A stretch of 64,000 nucleotides of DNA, from positions 3,968,001-4,032,000 of the forward strand of contig JBLDXI010000042.1 of assembly GCA_047495785.1 (NCBI GenBank). The letters run 5' to 3'. The notes beneath the pieces were generated by a model that was given only the letters and a program-made list of their open reading frames with translations, had not been told where the DNA came from and did no database searches. Made by a program: the position numbers and the translations under genes. This stretch comes from Lepidodermella squamata. Taxonomy: Eukaryota; Animalia; Gastrotricha. This document shows positions 24,648 through 37,393 of this stretch, piece by piece; position 1 is the first letter of the stretch, and each line of letters starts with the position of its first letter.

Positions 24648-25918
24648 ATGGCTGAAAACTGGTCATCGTCCAACTCTTACGGCCGCGTTTTGTCGAACAG
24701 CAGCAACATAATCTATGTGAAGAAGCTGCCGGACGAACAGGCGGCACAGGCCTATCTCGCCGAGTCTGTTCTGTGCAACGGCATCGCGGCCACGACGCAA
24801 AACGGCGAAAAGTTTGAAGTTCTCGACTTCAAGGCCTACATCGACCACTCAGAAATAATCGTCACCGAGGAGGAAGAATACGTAAAATTTAACACTCCAA
24901 GCTTCAAGTTAGCGTGGTTCAATTTAAAAAAAAAATTTAAAATTGAGCTAAAATTAAAATTGATTAAATTGTAAATTAAGTTTCAACTAAAATTAAAAAA
25001 TTGATTACAATTAAACATTTGAGCAGGTGCAGTGCAGTTGTGAAAATTCCAGCTTTAGAAGAGGGGGAGGGTTGGATAGTCGGTTTCATCCAAGCTGTCG
25101 AAAAAATGCGGTTCTTCAACACGTACTCGACTGGTTTTTCCAGCTGGGAATTTCCCGACATGGTATTCGGCGAGCGGCACTTGATCTCTGACTCGGACGG
25201 CATCAACCACCCATTCTACAACACAAGCATCGAATTCACCGGACCGCAACTGGAACCGGTAATCAAATCATTTCAAATCGAAGACCATTTTTACCCCCAT
25301 GTTTCGTGGAACGCGCCGAAAAATGACAGTGAAAACGACTTGCTACAACGCTGCGAACGTCGCCAGGGCTTTTTCGCCTGGCTAGTAGCGTTTGATTTGA
25401 AAAACAACGCCTTCTACCCACTGCGAGCTGTTTACTTCGAATTAGGCGCTGTTTTGAGAATCGATACGAAAAAGCCGGTTGGAAGCCGGGCGTCGGTTGA
25501 GCCGAAACTTTTCGCCCAGCCTTACACGTTCAAAAGCGATCAAATGCCGCCGTTAACCCACGACGCCCTCATGCCACCTAGTGCCAATCTAGGCCAGGCT
25601 TTGATTTTCCGCTCGACTGAGCATCCTTCGACTAGGGTGGCCCTGTTCCCACGCGCTGGAAAGTATCACAATTTCGAACCCGAGGCGCTGGCTGATTTTG
25701 AGGGCAAAGTTAGGTCGAGTTACAACCCGGTGGTTGCGAAATTTCTGAAGCCGGACGTTCTCCCTATCGATGCTCCCCTCGGCCCGGCTAAACCGCCCGT
25801 TCCGGACGATGAGAAAATGCGGCGGGGTGGATGGCTCGGAATTTTACGACCACTTTTCACCAAAAATAAGAAGAAATTCAGAGCTTTTCAAAACTCGATA
25901 AAACGGCAAAAACAATAA
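24648..25918 (+). CDS. FAM78: FAM78-like protein (exons 24648-24907, 25027-25918)
   Basis: WIVGFIQA...FFNTYSTGFSSWEFP...ISDSDG..PFY, DHFYPHVSW and PPSAN..QAL match FAM78A/B motifs. A phase-2 intron joins the two ORFs. Confidence 0.85.
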
Positions 25919-25929
25919 ATAATTTTATT

Positions 25930-27360
25930 TCAAACTTCCTCGTAATTTGACGATGAAATACGTTTTTCTGTTACGTTTTTCAGCCCTAATTTTCCAGGTG
26001 ATGATTCAACATTATGAATAACAGGTTTTTCGCTTTCTGCAGGCCTTGGTAGAAATTGGAATAGTTCGACGGGTATTGGGAATATAATAGTTGAGTTTTT
26101 CTCTTGTGATATTGCGGTTAGGGTTTGAAGGTATCGAAGATTGAGGGCGGTTCGGGATTCATTTATGACGTCGGCTGCTTCTTTCAGGGCCCAGGAGGCC
26201 TTGTGCTCACCCTCGGCTGCTATCACCTTAGCTCTGGCCTCACGAGCTGCCTCGGCTTCCGTCGCCTAAGAATAAAATAATAAAAGAATAATAAATTTGA
26301 ATAAATATCGGAAAAATCACTGATTTATAAAATCAATACTTAAAATCGATATCGACTCTTTAGGTTGAACTTTGAACTATAGGTAATTTCAGTGATCTTG
26401 CTAAATGGGAAACCAACCATAGATCTCTGCAGTTGAATCGGTAGTTGGACGTTCTTAATTTCGACGCGTTCGACCTTGACGCCCCATTCTTCACTCGCAT
26501 CATCGAGCAAGCTTTGCAGATTTCGGCTAACTGTTTCCCGCTCGGCGAGAATTTCCGTCAACGTTCGCGTTCCGAGAACATTTCGTAGTATCGAAACCGA
26601 GACTAGATCAATCGATTTTTCGTAGTCAGCCACGCGAACTATAGCCCAAACTGGATTAACCACCCTATAGCTTTAAATCGATTTAAATTTTAGCAAATTT
26701 CGACGTGGCTTCATGTTATTATTACTAGATAACAGCATCAACTGTGACCGTGACCGAATCTTTTGTCAAAATTTCTTGAGGTTCGACATCGTGAGTGTGA
26801 GTGCGAAGATCCACGAGAACGTATTTGTCGATGCAAGGCAAGATGAAAAAAATTCCTATATTTCAATGTCTTAGAAACAAATTTTGATAATATGGATCCC
26901 AATTTTTCAACCTGGCCCTCTCGCAACACCGGCAACTAAATGGCCCAGGCGGAAAATGACAGCTCGTTCGTACTCCTGAACTATCTATAAACGGAGATCT
27001 TGATATTGTAAATGAAATTTTTGGCAAAATTTGACCCTTATCGAGACACAGATCGCGACGGGAAACGTTAAAATGAACATGATGATGGAAAAGCCCATGA
27101 GGAAAATTTCGCAGAATTTGTTCGTCGACGAGCGTCGTGATGATGAAACTGCAAGAAAATTGTTGAATTCTAAAGTAATTATCGGTGATAATTAAAGGCT
27201 AACTATCATCGGCGTTTGAAATGATGGAAAATTGCCGGTTCCGCCGGTTGTTCATCATTCCGAGGACAGCATTTTCCGGCATCTCGCTGACCTGGCGATC
27301 GGGCATGCCTCGTGGAAATGGCATAGCATTTGAGTACGTTCGATCGCGCTCGTCCGTCAT
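25930..27360 (-). CDS. STOM: Stomatin / band 7 (SPFH) family protein, about 6 exons
   Basis: Motifs are a hydrophobic hairpin with FPV, VQEYERAVIFRLG, GPGIFFILPCID, PQEILTKDSVTVTVDAV, LRNVLGTRTLTEIL, WGVKVERVEIK, AAEGE, LRYLQTL and STIIFPIP. Confidence 0.93.
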
Positions 27361-27803
27361 CGCAAATCCTGAAAAACCTTAGTAATGTAGGAAATAAAAA
27401 ATTCAGGAGTTCAAATATCGATCGATCCACTTAATCAAAGTGGAAAGACGGCTCATTTGGAATCTGATTGGTTGATTTTTTTTCTGCCAGTTGATAGATG
27501 AATCCCAAATCAGCTGTGACCTTAGGGATTCACGAACATTTTTTTTGAAGTTCCGGACCCTAATGCATTGGCCTTGGAAGAACCAATTTAACCAACAAAG
27601 GGTCCAAATATTTCTACCACTAAAAATGAGATTCAAGCACTAAATTTGAGCGTCCTGGCACTACATTTCTCAGATCCTATGCGATTTCGGCGTTTTCGGT
27701 TTTTGATCGATACTGATGCCTTCCATGATCCTATGATTCCATGATCCTATGATTGCCCTGAGCTACGTAGAAAAATTATCGATGTTGGGTTCCAAGACGG
27801 CTA

Positions 27804-27860
27804 ATATCGGAAAAATCGCTGATTTGTAAAATCGATACTTGGAATCGATATCGTCTCCAT
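27804..27860 (+). repeat. Short dispersed repeat; a second copy lies at ~26305-26359 in a stomatin intron
   Basis: atatcggaaaaatcgctgatttgtaaaatcgatacttggaatcgatatcg aligns with atatcggaaaaatcactgatttataaaatcaatacttaaaatcgatatcg. Confidence 0.7.
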
Positions 27861-28024
27861 AGGATAAAGTATAATTCGTAATCTGACCGCTCATAGTGCG
27901 AAATGCGCGTAATATGAAGGTCCATCGATCGGGCATGATAACAAAAAAATGTGAGATTCTAGTGAAGACTGAAAATTCGAAAAACCATATCCAGGGGGGA
28001 TCCTGTGCTGGAGCCTCAAATTTA

Positions 28025-28066
28025 GTGCTGGAACCCTAAATTTAGGGTGCGCAGTTGGCACACCCA
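28025..28066 (+). repeat. Short dispersed repeat; a second copy lies at ~38635-38676 in an arrestin intron
   Basis: gtgctggaaccctaaatttagggtgcgcagttggcacaccca aligns with gtgcagaaaccctaaattcgggctgtgcattaggcacatcca. Confidence 0.6.
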
Positions 28067-28987
28067 CTAACAAATTGACCTCACTTTGTGCGCCTACCTG
28101 TGAAATTTCAAACTTAGCTCTGAAAAATCGCGAAGCTGTGTTCACCCTTCAGTAAAAATGGAACTTCTTTGTCGAATTAAATAGCACAATTCAGGAAAAA
28201 TTTCGGAAAATGAAAGGCTGGTTTGAGGATTGAATTTTCCAACTTTGAATACGATTGGCTGGGATTATCTTGAAAAATTCGCAAATCAAACCTTCGTTGG
28301 CATTGCCAGGGCCGGGTGAAGCTGCCCTCGAATTTCGCGGCATTTCCCGAAAATTAATAAGTACGAATTGCGCGCTAGTTTACACCCGCAGCGTGTAGGT
28401 GGTGACAATTACCATTTTACTACGTCAACCGGAAAAACGGGCACGGGTTTTCTACGCCCGCCAGGTCAAAAACAAAACAAAACCCGTATCATGATAATAC
28501 CAAGGCAGGTTTATTTTCGGCAGTAGTTATGTATCGAGTAAAAATTAAAAACAACTCAGGTCCACTCAGAACACCGCACTTGATAAAGCATGAATTCGAA
28601 TAAATAAAATTATACATTAGTTTTAAGCAAAACAGGATGAAATGTCAAGTCCGCGACAAAAAAATTGCATATGAATAGAACAAACTCGAGATACTGCTGT
28701 TTTTTCATTGAGCTTCATGCGAGAGATGACTACAATAACAGATCGAGCAATATTAATATCAAACATAAATGAGTTATTAATCGAATTGGCACACTCATGG
28801 AAAAAATTCGTTAAATTTTCGCTCACTAGCCGGAAGATCTTTTCGATAGTTCACACGAATGGAGAAATGAATCACTCGATTTTCGGCGAAATTAATAGAT
28901 AAAATATCATGTTAAAGAGCAGCATGGTAAAAAAACACGGATTTTTAGAACACAATCATAATTTGAAATTATAATTATTTCTGTCAA

Positions 28988-31900
28988 TCAAAGAGCGCCA
29001 ATATCGGCCGATGACGTGATTTCAACGGTCAGAACTCCAGATCTCGGCTGGTTGTTCTCCCAGCGCCGTCTTCCGTACAGCGAGACTGTGATCGGCCGGC
29101 CAGTTTCTTCGTAGGCTTGGAAAATGTGTTTGCCCAGGTACTGATCGCGCCACAATTTAGGCGCCTGGTGCCATATGACGACCTTGACGCACAGCGTGGC
29201 TGACCAGCGGCGGTAGAAAACGGCCGACTGGTTCCATTCCGGGTCGGTATTGTGCCACAGTGTTTTTGTTCGAACCCAGTGGCGCTCGCACCAAATCATG
29301 CAATACGCGTTGATAGCTAAAATTCAACACAAAATGACGTTACTAAGTTGTTAAGGTGGCTTGAGAAAATAACGCAAAATCAATATTTTAATATTAACAT
29401 TAAGGTTTTATGCCAATTAAAGTCCCACATCTTAGCCCTCATTAATCTAAATTTACGCCTCTCCAAGTTCTATAATTTTGAATGGTAGAATGGTAGAAGT
29501 CTTTAGGAGACAGGTTGATTGCCTTGATTTAGGATGGAGCCGCTGGCTTTCTACTATGATCTCAACTTCAAACTTTTTTTAAACTTTTTTGAAGTATTAT
29601 CTACTATGATATCGCTATACCATCAAAAAATCCGCTTCAAATGATCTCAACTTTTGTAAGGAAATGCTTTGCGTGATTCCGGAACGTGATTCCGTGGTTG
29701 AGTTTGAAGGCATCGCAATTTTACTCTACCATTTATCATTCATTTTCCGAAATGCCTTTCGTCGCTCCATAATGCCAAGTTTTTTGCTTACGATTTCTCA
29801 GTATGCAGATTTCCTGCTCGAATTACTGATGAATTATTCGCTATCTATACTCGGAAGAACCGTTATAGCTGTTCCCAACCACATACCATGCGATCGGAAG
29901 TTGCAAACTTTGCGACTGGTAAAGTAGATTTTCACAAAACGAATTGCCATGTATATCAAGGACCACGACGGAATAAGCGAGACACCTTTGCGCGACCATT
30001 TCAAGCCTTCTCCTTCGACAAAAACGAAATCGTATGCAGTGGCCGATTTGTTTCAGGGCCCAATTGTGATATGGAGCGAAATCAGTCCGCTGACTTGCAC
30101 GAAAACAACGATTCCTTCCTCGAGATATGCAGTTCCTGCCGTCGCAAGGACCAGCGCAAAGGTCTACAGTGCCAGCACTATCGCGTGATGGACTGCGCGA
30201 CTTGCTGCCCCGGTGGTACTCATGCGAGCTTTGCAGGGACATTTACGATTAATTTCAAGTTTTAAACTTGTTGTTTATATCCTGTAATATTCAGTGTGGT
30301 GAAATGTTGCGAACAGACAGAAGCTTTTTTGAGGCAACGTCTGTCCGCAACGTTGTAATTTTTTAATTGATAAATGCGGTGCTAAGCCATCACTCGAATG
30401 TCGTTCCCTAACAATGTTTAGAAAACTAAACTAGAACTGCTGATCGCTGAATTTTTTTATATCTTCTCATAGGGACAAGATTTGCCTGCTTAGTAACTAA
30501 AGAAGACATTTCGAGACCACCACGTCAGTTTTATTAAATTCCTTAAATTTCTTCAAAGCGAAGTATGTGGGTGAAACAGGGAGAAGAGCGGAGGAGAGAG
30601 AATGGAAGAACATGTGGGAGGGGGCTGCGAAATTGGACGGCTCACCAATGACACGCCATTTTGTGCTCAACCATCCGGATTATAACCAAAAGCCTAACAC
30701 GAGAACAACCCATGTTTGCGGGTGAGGTGCTTTGGACTTATAGAAACGTAACAGAAAAAAGATCAGCTGAACAACTATTTATTCGAAAGACCAACCTTCG
30801 ATTAGCATTATGATGAATAAGCTTGAAAATGAGAAGAAACTAGCTAGACTGCTCAAATCTAAGGTTGAAGAAAAATGAATCACCTCTTATATTTTATTAA
30901 TCTGTCGCTTTGTTGGCTTTGTTGGTTTTTACTGATTCGCCCACTTTTGTTTCTAGCCTTGATAAAGCCGAAATGTCAGCTTTATTAAGGAATAAAAATA
31001 AAACTACCGTGGTGGTCTCGAAATGTCATCTTTGGTTATTTGAAATCTCACGATCAAACAACCGATGGTATTAACCATCAACGAAGAAGAACAAATCGCA
31101 GCAAGCCTGCGAGAACGAGCACCTTCGACAGTCTTCGGCTTCAAAAAGTTGGTTTTCACTTATTTGAAATGACATGTTGCTATAATATTCTCAATTTTAG
31201 GCATTCGCGATTCGGATTACTGGGATGAATTTAAGGAAGAAAGGGTGTGATACGGTACCAACGGGAAGAGACCCCGATTCTTCCCAATGTAATGGGCGCA
31301 TGCGTAAAAAAGGTTCTTATAAAACGTCATTTGGCGATTTTTTCTCGCGATTTTTGAACGACTTTACGACACGATTTTTCAAACGTTTTTTTGCGTCCAG
31401 AAGCAAATGGAGAGAGGCTAGCAGTGTCGAGTCCATACAGTATTAGTTCCAAGGAAGCAGCCTGGCCGGGAAGATGTGTTAATCAAGCGTCCCACACGTG
31501 GCACGCCGGGCCGTCGACAGACCCTGCGGCTGTTGTGTGTAAACAACCACTACATGGCCCTTTGCGTGCAATGAACGGAGGCATCTTCACTTTGAACGAG
31601 AGTAACGTTCTTTTTTCTTTTATCTTTTTTCTCTTTTATCTCTTTTTCTGAGTGAAATAAATTTATTGGCAATTTAGAGTATCAATAGGCTTCAATAGGA
31701 AAAACCAGGGCATATTCCGACTCCGAGAGATCGAAGACGATGGCGATTTCAAAAATATTTTTTTCGAGACCATCAGATTTAATTTGAATTTAATGGAATA
31801 AGAGAAAAAAAGTTTTATGTAAAAAGAAGGAATTTAATGGCAAAAGAAGTGAATTTAATGTAGTTAAAAGTAAGGTTAAACCGAAAATTAATGACCACCG

Positions 31901-34900
31901 AAAATTTGTGGATATACAGTATAAATAAAAAGAGTCTTGTTGCTGTAATTTCCTGCTGATACTGCCGAGCCAAGAATACTTGCCAATATAACGAGCAATA
32001 AGTTTCAGAATCCCAATGAGCTTTCAGAATTCTTAACCTTACTTCAATTCGACTGGTGCTATACCGTTGCTGTCACTGGCTACAATTCCTTCGCAGATGG
32101 GTTCATAAACTAGCAAAAATCTAAGGAAATAGCGAAATAATAGCGATCGAAGGCCCGACTCAGAATTACATGTTGATAACAATAATTGGACTAATTTGAC
32201 TTTGAACCCAGTAAAGAAAATTGATTGAAAAATTAAGTTTTTTTGGTAATACTAAATGTTTTGTTTTCATCGAATTTTTTCCAAAATTACGGTTTTTCCC
32301 GCTATTTAACTATTACTTACTTCCGGTGGGCCGGTCCAGTCGTTGCAAACTCGACGCGCGGATGACGCGAACCCGGGTGACGCAAGTCGGGTACGGCATC
32401 AACAGGTGCTGCGGCGGTATGTCGTGGCTCAAGTACCGCAAATAGCACTGCGACGAGCTGATCAACCGCAGTAAGAAATTGCCATTCTTATTCGGCTCGT
32501 TCGTCGTTGGAATGATCACGTACCGCCCGTGGTACAGCAAAAGCCGCACAAAAACCGGCCCGGTATGGCTGTACTGGGTGGTGACAATAATCGGCGAATA
32601 GCCGCTCTCGGGGGTCGGAATGTGGTGAACCCGGTAGACGCGATTCTCCTCGACGTGGAGTATCGTAAAACCGATCGAATGCCGCTCTTGCGACGGGTCT
32701 TGCCTGATGTACAGCTGCGACAGCTCGATCATAACATGAGCGTGATGCGGCTCGACTCGGAACATGTATTGCGGGTTTCGAAGGAATGTTTCGCGGTTGT
32801 TTTCAAACGAACCGCCAGCCATGCGTGACGCCGTTCGCCACGATCCCTCTTGCACGTTGTCCCAGTACGTCCTTCGAACCGTCCAGTAATTTGTGTTAAC
32901 GATTCGGCAGAACGTGAGTTGAGTGAAACGCGAACAAAACGCGTCGATCGGCATCCAAAAATCAGACTCCGTGTCACAATTTAGCCCGATTCTGTACCGT
33001 TCGATTGGCGATATTGCCAGCCATTCTGGAGATCTGGAAATTGATACAAAAACAAAAATTAGCGAAAAATTAGGAATTGAATTATAGCAGCGAAGGTGAC
33101 GAATAAAGCAAACACAACACGCGTTAAATATTCTGTATTAAATAGCAAAACAGGTGGTTTTAAAACGTTTAAACCATGCGCTGGACGGACAGCACGGTTC
33201 AACAAGGATAGAGACATTGAGTTCAAAGCGCGACATTTAATATTTACTAAGAGACACTTCTCGAAAAAGATGCCAGAATTTCAAATTTAATCGAAAATTG
33301 AATTAAATAAATAAATATTCCAAAAATTTAGAAAATTAATTAAATTCGACAAAAAATGTGAAAAATATATTTTTGGGTGGGATTCTTATTTCTTTAATAT
33401 TTTCGGACATCTTTTTGATCAAGAAGCGCCTCATTTTGTAAGCAAGGGTGGACGCAATATTATTTCTATATTTTCTAATTATTTAGTCAAAGGACAGAAG
33501 GAGACGTCACAACGTGAATAGTATTATAGGATTATGAAAAATAATCCATGTTTTGTTTAGGTGTTGTTACCCGCGACTAAACGGGCCGTTCCAGCCGGCC
33601 GGGCCGAATGGATCTCTGAGGCGCACCATCAGCAGAGTATGGTTGTTGGGTGCAAACGCCTCAACCTTTTTACACATTAAATCAGGCCAGCACAACAAGT
33701 CAAAATAGTTTCAACATATAGGTAAACAGGGTGTTTTTGCTGTATAAAGCTACAATTAACGGGAATTAAAAGGCTAACAACAAAATTACTACTGGGTTAA
33801 GTTTCGTCAGAAATTGGTAGACAGGCCTTACCTGAGAGAATGAAATTTCTCGAACATCTGTGATAGGATAAGCTCGGCCATAGACCAAACCATGTTGGCA
33901 CGTTTGGCCCTCCTGCTTCGGGTTGTGGGGCTCGTTCATTGCCATTAGGAGTGAGTAGAATCCTGGATATTTGCCACCCATCATCCTCTTTTTACGACCC
34001 TGATAGAATTCGGTGCGCATACGGTGGCCGAGCGATGCCTAAAAACACATTTTATTAGTTGAAATGACACCATATAAGTATTTAAAATGTTAAATCATCT
34101 CCGGAATTTTCACAAAATTCCCCATTCCTATTGCTATAATTTGCCCGAAGATCGGAGATTATTCTGAAAATAGGAAAAAATAGCAAAATTTGCGGAATTT
34201 CCGCAACAAATTTACAGTGTGATTCAGAAAGGCCGCCCCAGCCACGATTGGTATTATTTCTTCTTGTTTTTTCTCTAAAACTTTTCCGCGCGTGCCGACT
34301 CAACAAAAAGTTTCGCAAAAAATAATAATAGCCAAGAATTAAAATAATAAATCTAAAACAACAGATAAGACTATGATGAAATGGCGCTGACAACAATAGA
34401 TAGGCAGGATGAAGAAAAATCTGAACAAGGAACAGTTTACCTTTTGACATAAGAAACAAAACTAGCATTTCGCACTTGAAAATTCCGAAAAACTTCCGTG
34501 GGAAATTGATAATTAAATGCGGACTATAACTCTAAAAGCTAAAACTTTCGTAAACAAATAAGTGAAATGCATGGGAGCAGTGCTTGCTGTTCTTGAAAGC
34601 ACTGAAAAAGCTGTGGAGAAACCTGAAAACAGCTTAAAATAGGACCGAAATTTGATTGATTACTGCAAGCTTTTTTGCTATCGGTCGTGGTTGGCGTGAT
34701 CGAGTTGATACTCATGATCGGCGTGATCGGCATGATTTGTGTGATCGTCATGAAAAAACGCAAAAATTAACGATAATAACACGCGTTCATTCATCGCAAA
34801 AAACTGGAAAAACTGATGAATCCGATCCAATTTTTTCTACGGCCGTGTCAAACACGTGCCTGTTTATGATGCGCTCGGGCGCCCTTTCTGAATCACACTG

Positions 34901-36247
34901 TAGGTTAAATTCACATTTTCAAATATTCCTCTTAGAATTTCAACAACAACAAAATAACTAATTGACCGTTCGAAAATTTTCGGCAGAATTTCAGCTTAAT
35001 TTGGATTATTTTGTTCACCACGTTGAAACTAATGCTTAAAATTTGCTTAGATTTCAACATAAATCCTTCGCAGATATCAAACGAAATATGCTCACCTGTA
35101 GGCCAAAATCATTTCGATGCTGCGAAGTTCGTAAATGAATCGTTTCACACATTCCACCGCTCAAATCCGTGAGAAAATCTTCGATACAACCGCCCGGAGA
35201 TGACAAACACTCGTAACGCCCTAGCATTTTTGCATACGCTTTTTCCAGCAAAGGCAGCCACAAATCACGAACGGGCTGGCCATTCATATCGACCGCACTT
35301 AACGAAAGTGGCTCAACTAATTCCTCCTTATCGCTATTGGCATATGGCAGCAATTCATCGACCACAACTTCCGCCCATTGGCCGTTGTTCCAGAACCGGA
35401 ATCGGAATATTCCAGCGAATTTGTTCGCGATAACCGGACCGGTCGGGATTGGAGACGGTGTTTCATGGGCATACTCATAATGAGGTTGATAATCATTCGC
35501 TCCACCGTCAGTTATTGCTAAATACTCGGTTTTTCTCGCCACATCCTCCGATGAAGAGTACGTATCAGAGTCCCAAAGCCCTAATTTTTTCGATTTATTC
35601 TTCTCCTGGTAACTTTTTCGAAACAAGCCATAGGTAGCTGGCTCGTTCTTTTCGTCCTCGTAATCATCCCCACCTTCGCCCTCGTCGCAGTGGTCGTAAC
35701 TCGAAATCTGGCCGTGTTCTTCGTCAAAAGGCCGATTTTCCTCGATTTTCTGACTATTTTCGTCCTCGCTACACAGCGAATCTTCATCGTCATCCTGCGG
35801 AATTTCGTACTGATCCGAGCAGTTCTGCTCGTGGCGAAACGGTACGATTTTCTGTAGCAGGCAGCTGTGTTGAGAAACGCACGATAACGCCGAAATAAAT
35901 AGATGACCGGACCAGCGGCCGGGTTTGAACGTGTATTTCGAGACATTATCAATCGAATCACTGAAAAAAGTCGCTCGCGGCGGCAATTCGCCAGTCTCCG
36001 GGTCTAAGGCGATCGGTCTCTCAATCGGAATCCACAGAATGTCCTCATCATCGGTTACTACGACGAAATCACGGAAGGAAAAATGGCCGGCTTGAAGCCA
36101 TTGTTTAATGGAAACGTAGTCCTGATTTCGAAATTGGCAAATCCGTTTCGCTCGTTCTTTCGATTTTACGACATAATCGATGTCTTTGAAGAAGAAATTG
36201 GCCTTCTCGGCAAGTGCGGTTATGCCGGAAAACGTCAACATCTCCAT
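28988..36247 (-). CDS. Calpain-5/6 (TRA-3)-type protein, CysPc-CBSW-C2, with a substituted catalytic triad. Exons 36247-35096, 34038-33832, 33665-33571, 33033-32321, 29316-28988.
   Basis: Motifs are AGIFRFRFW..GQW.EVVVD, WLPLLEKAYAK, GG...D.LTDLSGG, GWNGPFS, FWMP, AGG..NN.ETFLRNPQY, GRYVIIPTT and a C-terminal C2 domain (TDPEWNQSAVFYRR...DQYLG). Confidence 0.88.
30495..31037 (+). mobile_element. 5'-truncated Penelope-like retroelement remnant (GIY-YIG fragment between inverted terminal repeats), inside the last calpain intron
   Basis: From 30561 the sequence reads KYVGETGRRAEER/(frameshift)MEEH...RHF..NHP. 30495-30547 is a near reverse complement of ~30984-31037. A hammerhead-like motif lies at 30955-30981. 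Confidence 0.7.
34215..34900. mobile_element. Tc1/mariner-type non-autonomous element (MITE) in calpain intron 1
   Basis: The ends are TA|CAGTGTGATTCAGAAAGGCCGCCC and GGGCGCCCTTTCTGAATCACACTG|TA. These are 24-bp TIRs starting CAGTG (1 mismatch) with a TA target duplication; there is no transposase ORF. Confidence 0.8.
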
Positions 36248-37393
36248 TGTTTCGCCATAAAAATTCTAAAAATATTAGCAAAAAAATCGTAAAATTTCAA
36301 CAGCACTATAAAAACTTTGTTGTCTTTTGTTGAAGCATTTTTTGGCATTTTTCGTGGCGCTCCGTCGAAACCAGACGCCAACAAAAATTCATCAAATAAT
36401 AATTGACGGAAATAATAATAATAATAATATATAGGTTTTTAACGATCACCAACCAGCCAACACCAATAATTATGTTATATCAGTGATTATTTCAAAGAAC
36501 ACGCTATACCTATATTATTTATAGTTTTTAACACAAACTTTCCGCGCCACGATTCAAATTGATGAAATAATAATTGTCGCAAAGAAAACTCAAATAATTT
36601 TCGTCAATAATTTTCCGCGTTAAACATATAGTTGAATAAAAAAGAGAGAAAGAAAAACGGAGAATTTTTATAAATGTTTTTATCATGATTTCAAAAGAAA
36701 AACACGAACACAAAAACACACACAGGTTTTAGTAGAGAGAATGTTTTAGTATGGTAATATTCCTTACAGGATTCCGTAACAATGTTCAATCTACGAACCC
36801 AAAAACGAGTAATACTGCGGCAAATAATGTTTTTCTTTAGTTCGCGATCAACGGAAGGATGGAGATGAAAAATCAAAGATAGACCCGAGAAATAAATGTA
36901 ACAAATAATTATAGGGAAAGAGAAAGCAAAAGACACGACTTCATATTACGACAGATGATTTTTTCAGATTCATCGCTCTATGACTAAATTCGTGACAAAA
37001 AAACAGATCGAGCTAGGCTGTAGATTTAAAACAAACGGTTATTATACTGACGGTGGATTAGTTTCTTCATCAAATATCGAGTAAAAAAACATGGACGGGA
37101 CACAACTTGAATAATCAGCCATTTGAAGGTATTCGTTGGATGGCAAGGTCAGGAATTATCATTGCTATGAATCAGTTCATGTTTCTTCCTATAGTTTTCG
37201 AGCAATTGTTAGCAATTTTGTACTTTTCGTAAATTTCGCGATATATAAGTTTTAAATAGATTCAAGACCACAACACGATTTAATCAGCGCCTTAACATTT
37301 GTGCAAGGTGTGTATAAAAAATCCGCCTTAAAGCTTGTTTGTTTCTCCGTTTTTGATTCGAGAACTGTTGATATTTTTTGGTCCTCTCTGCTA

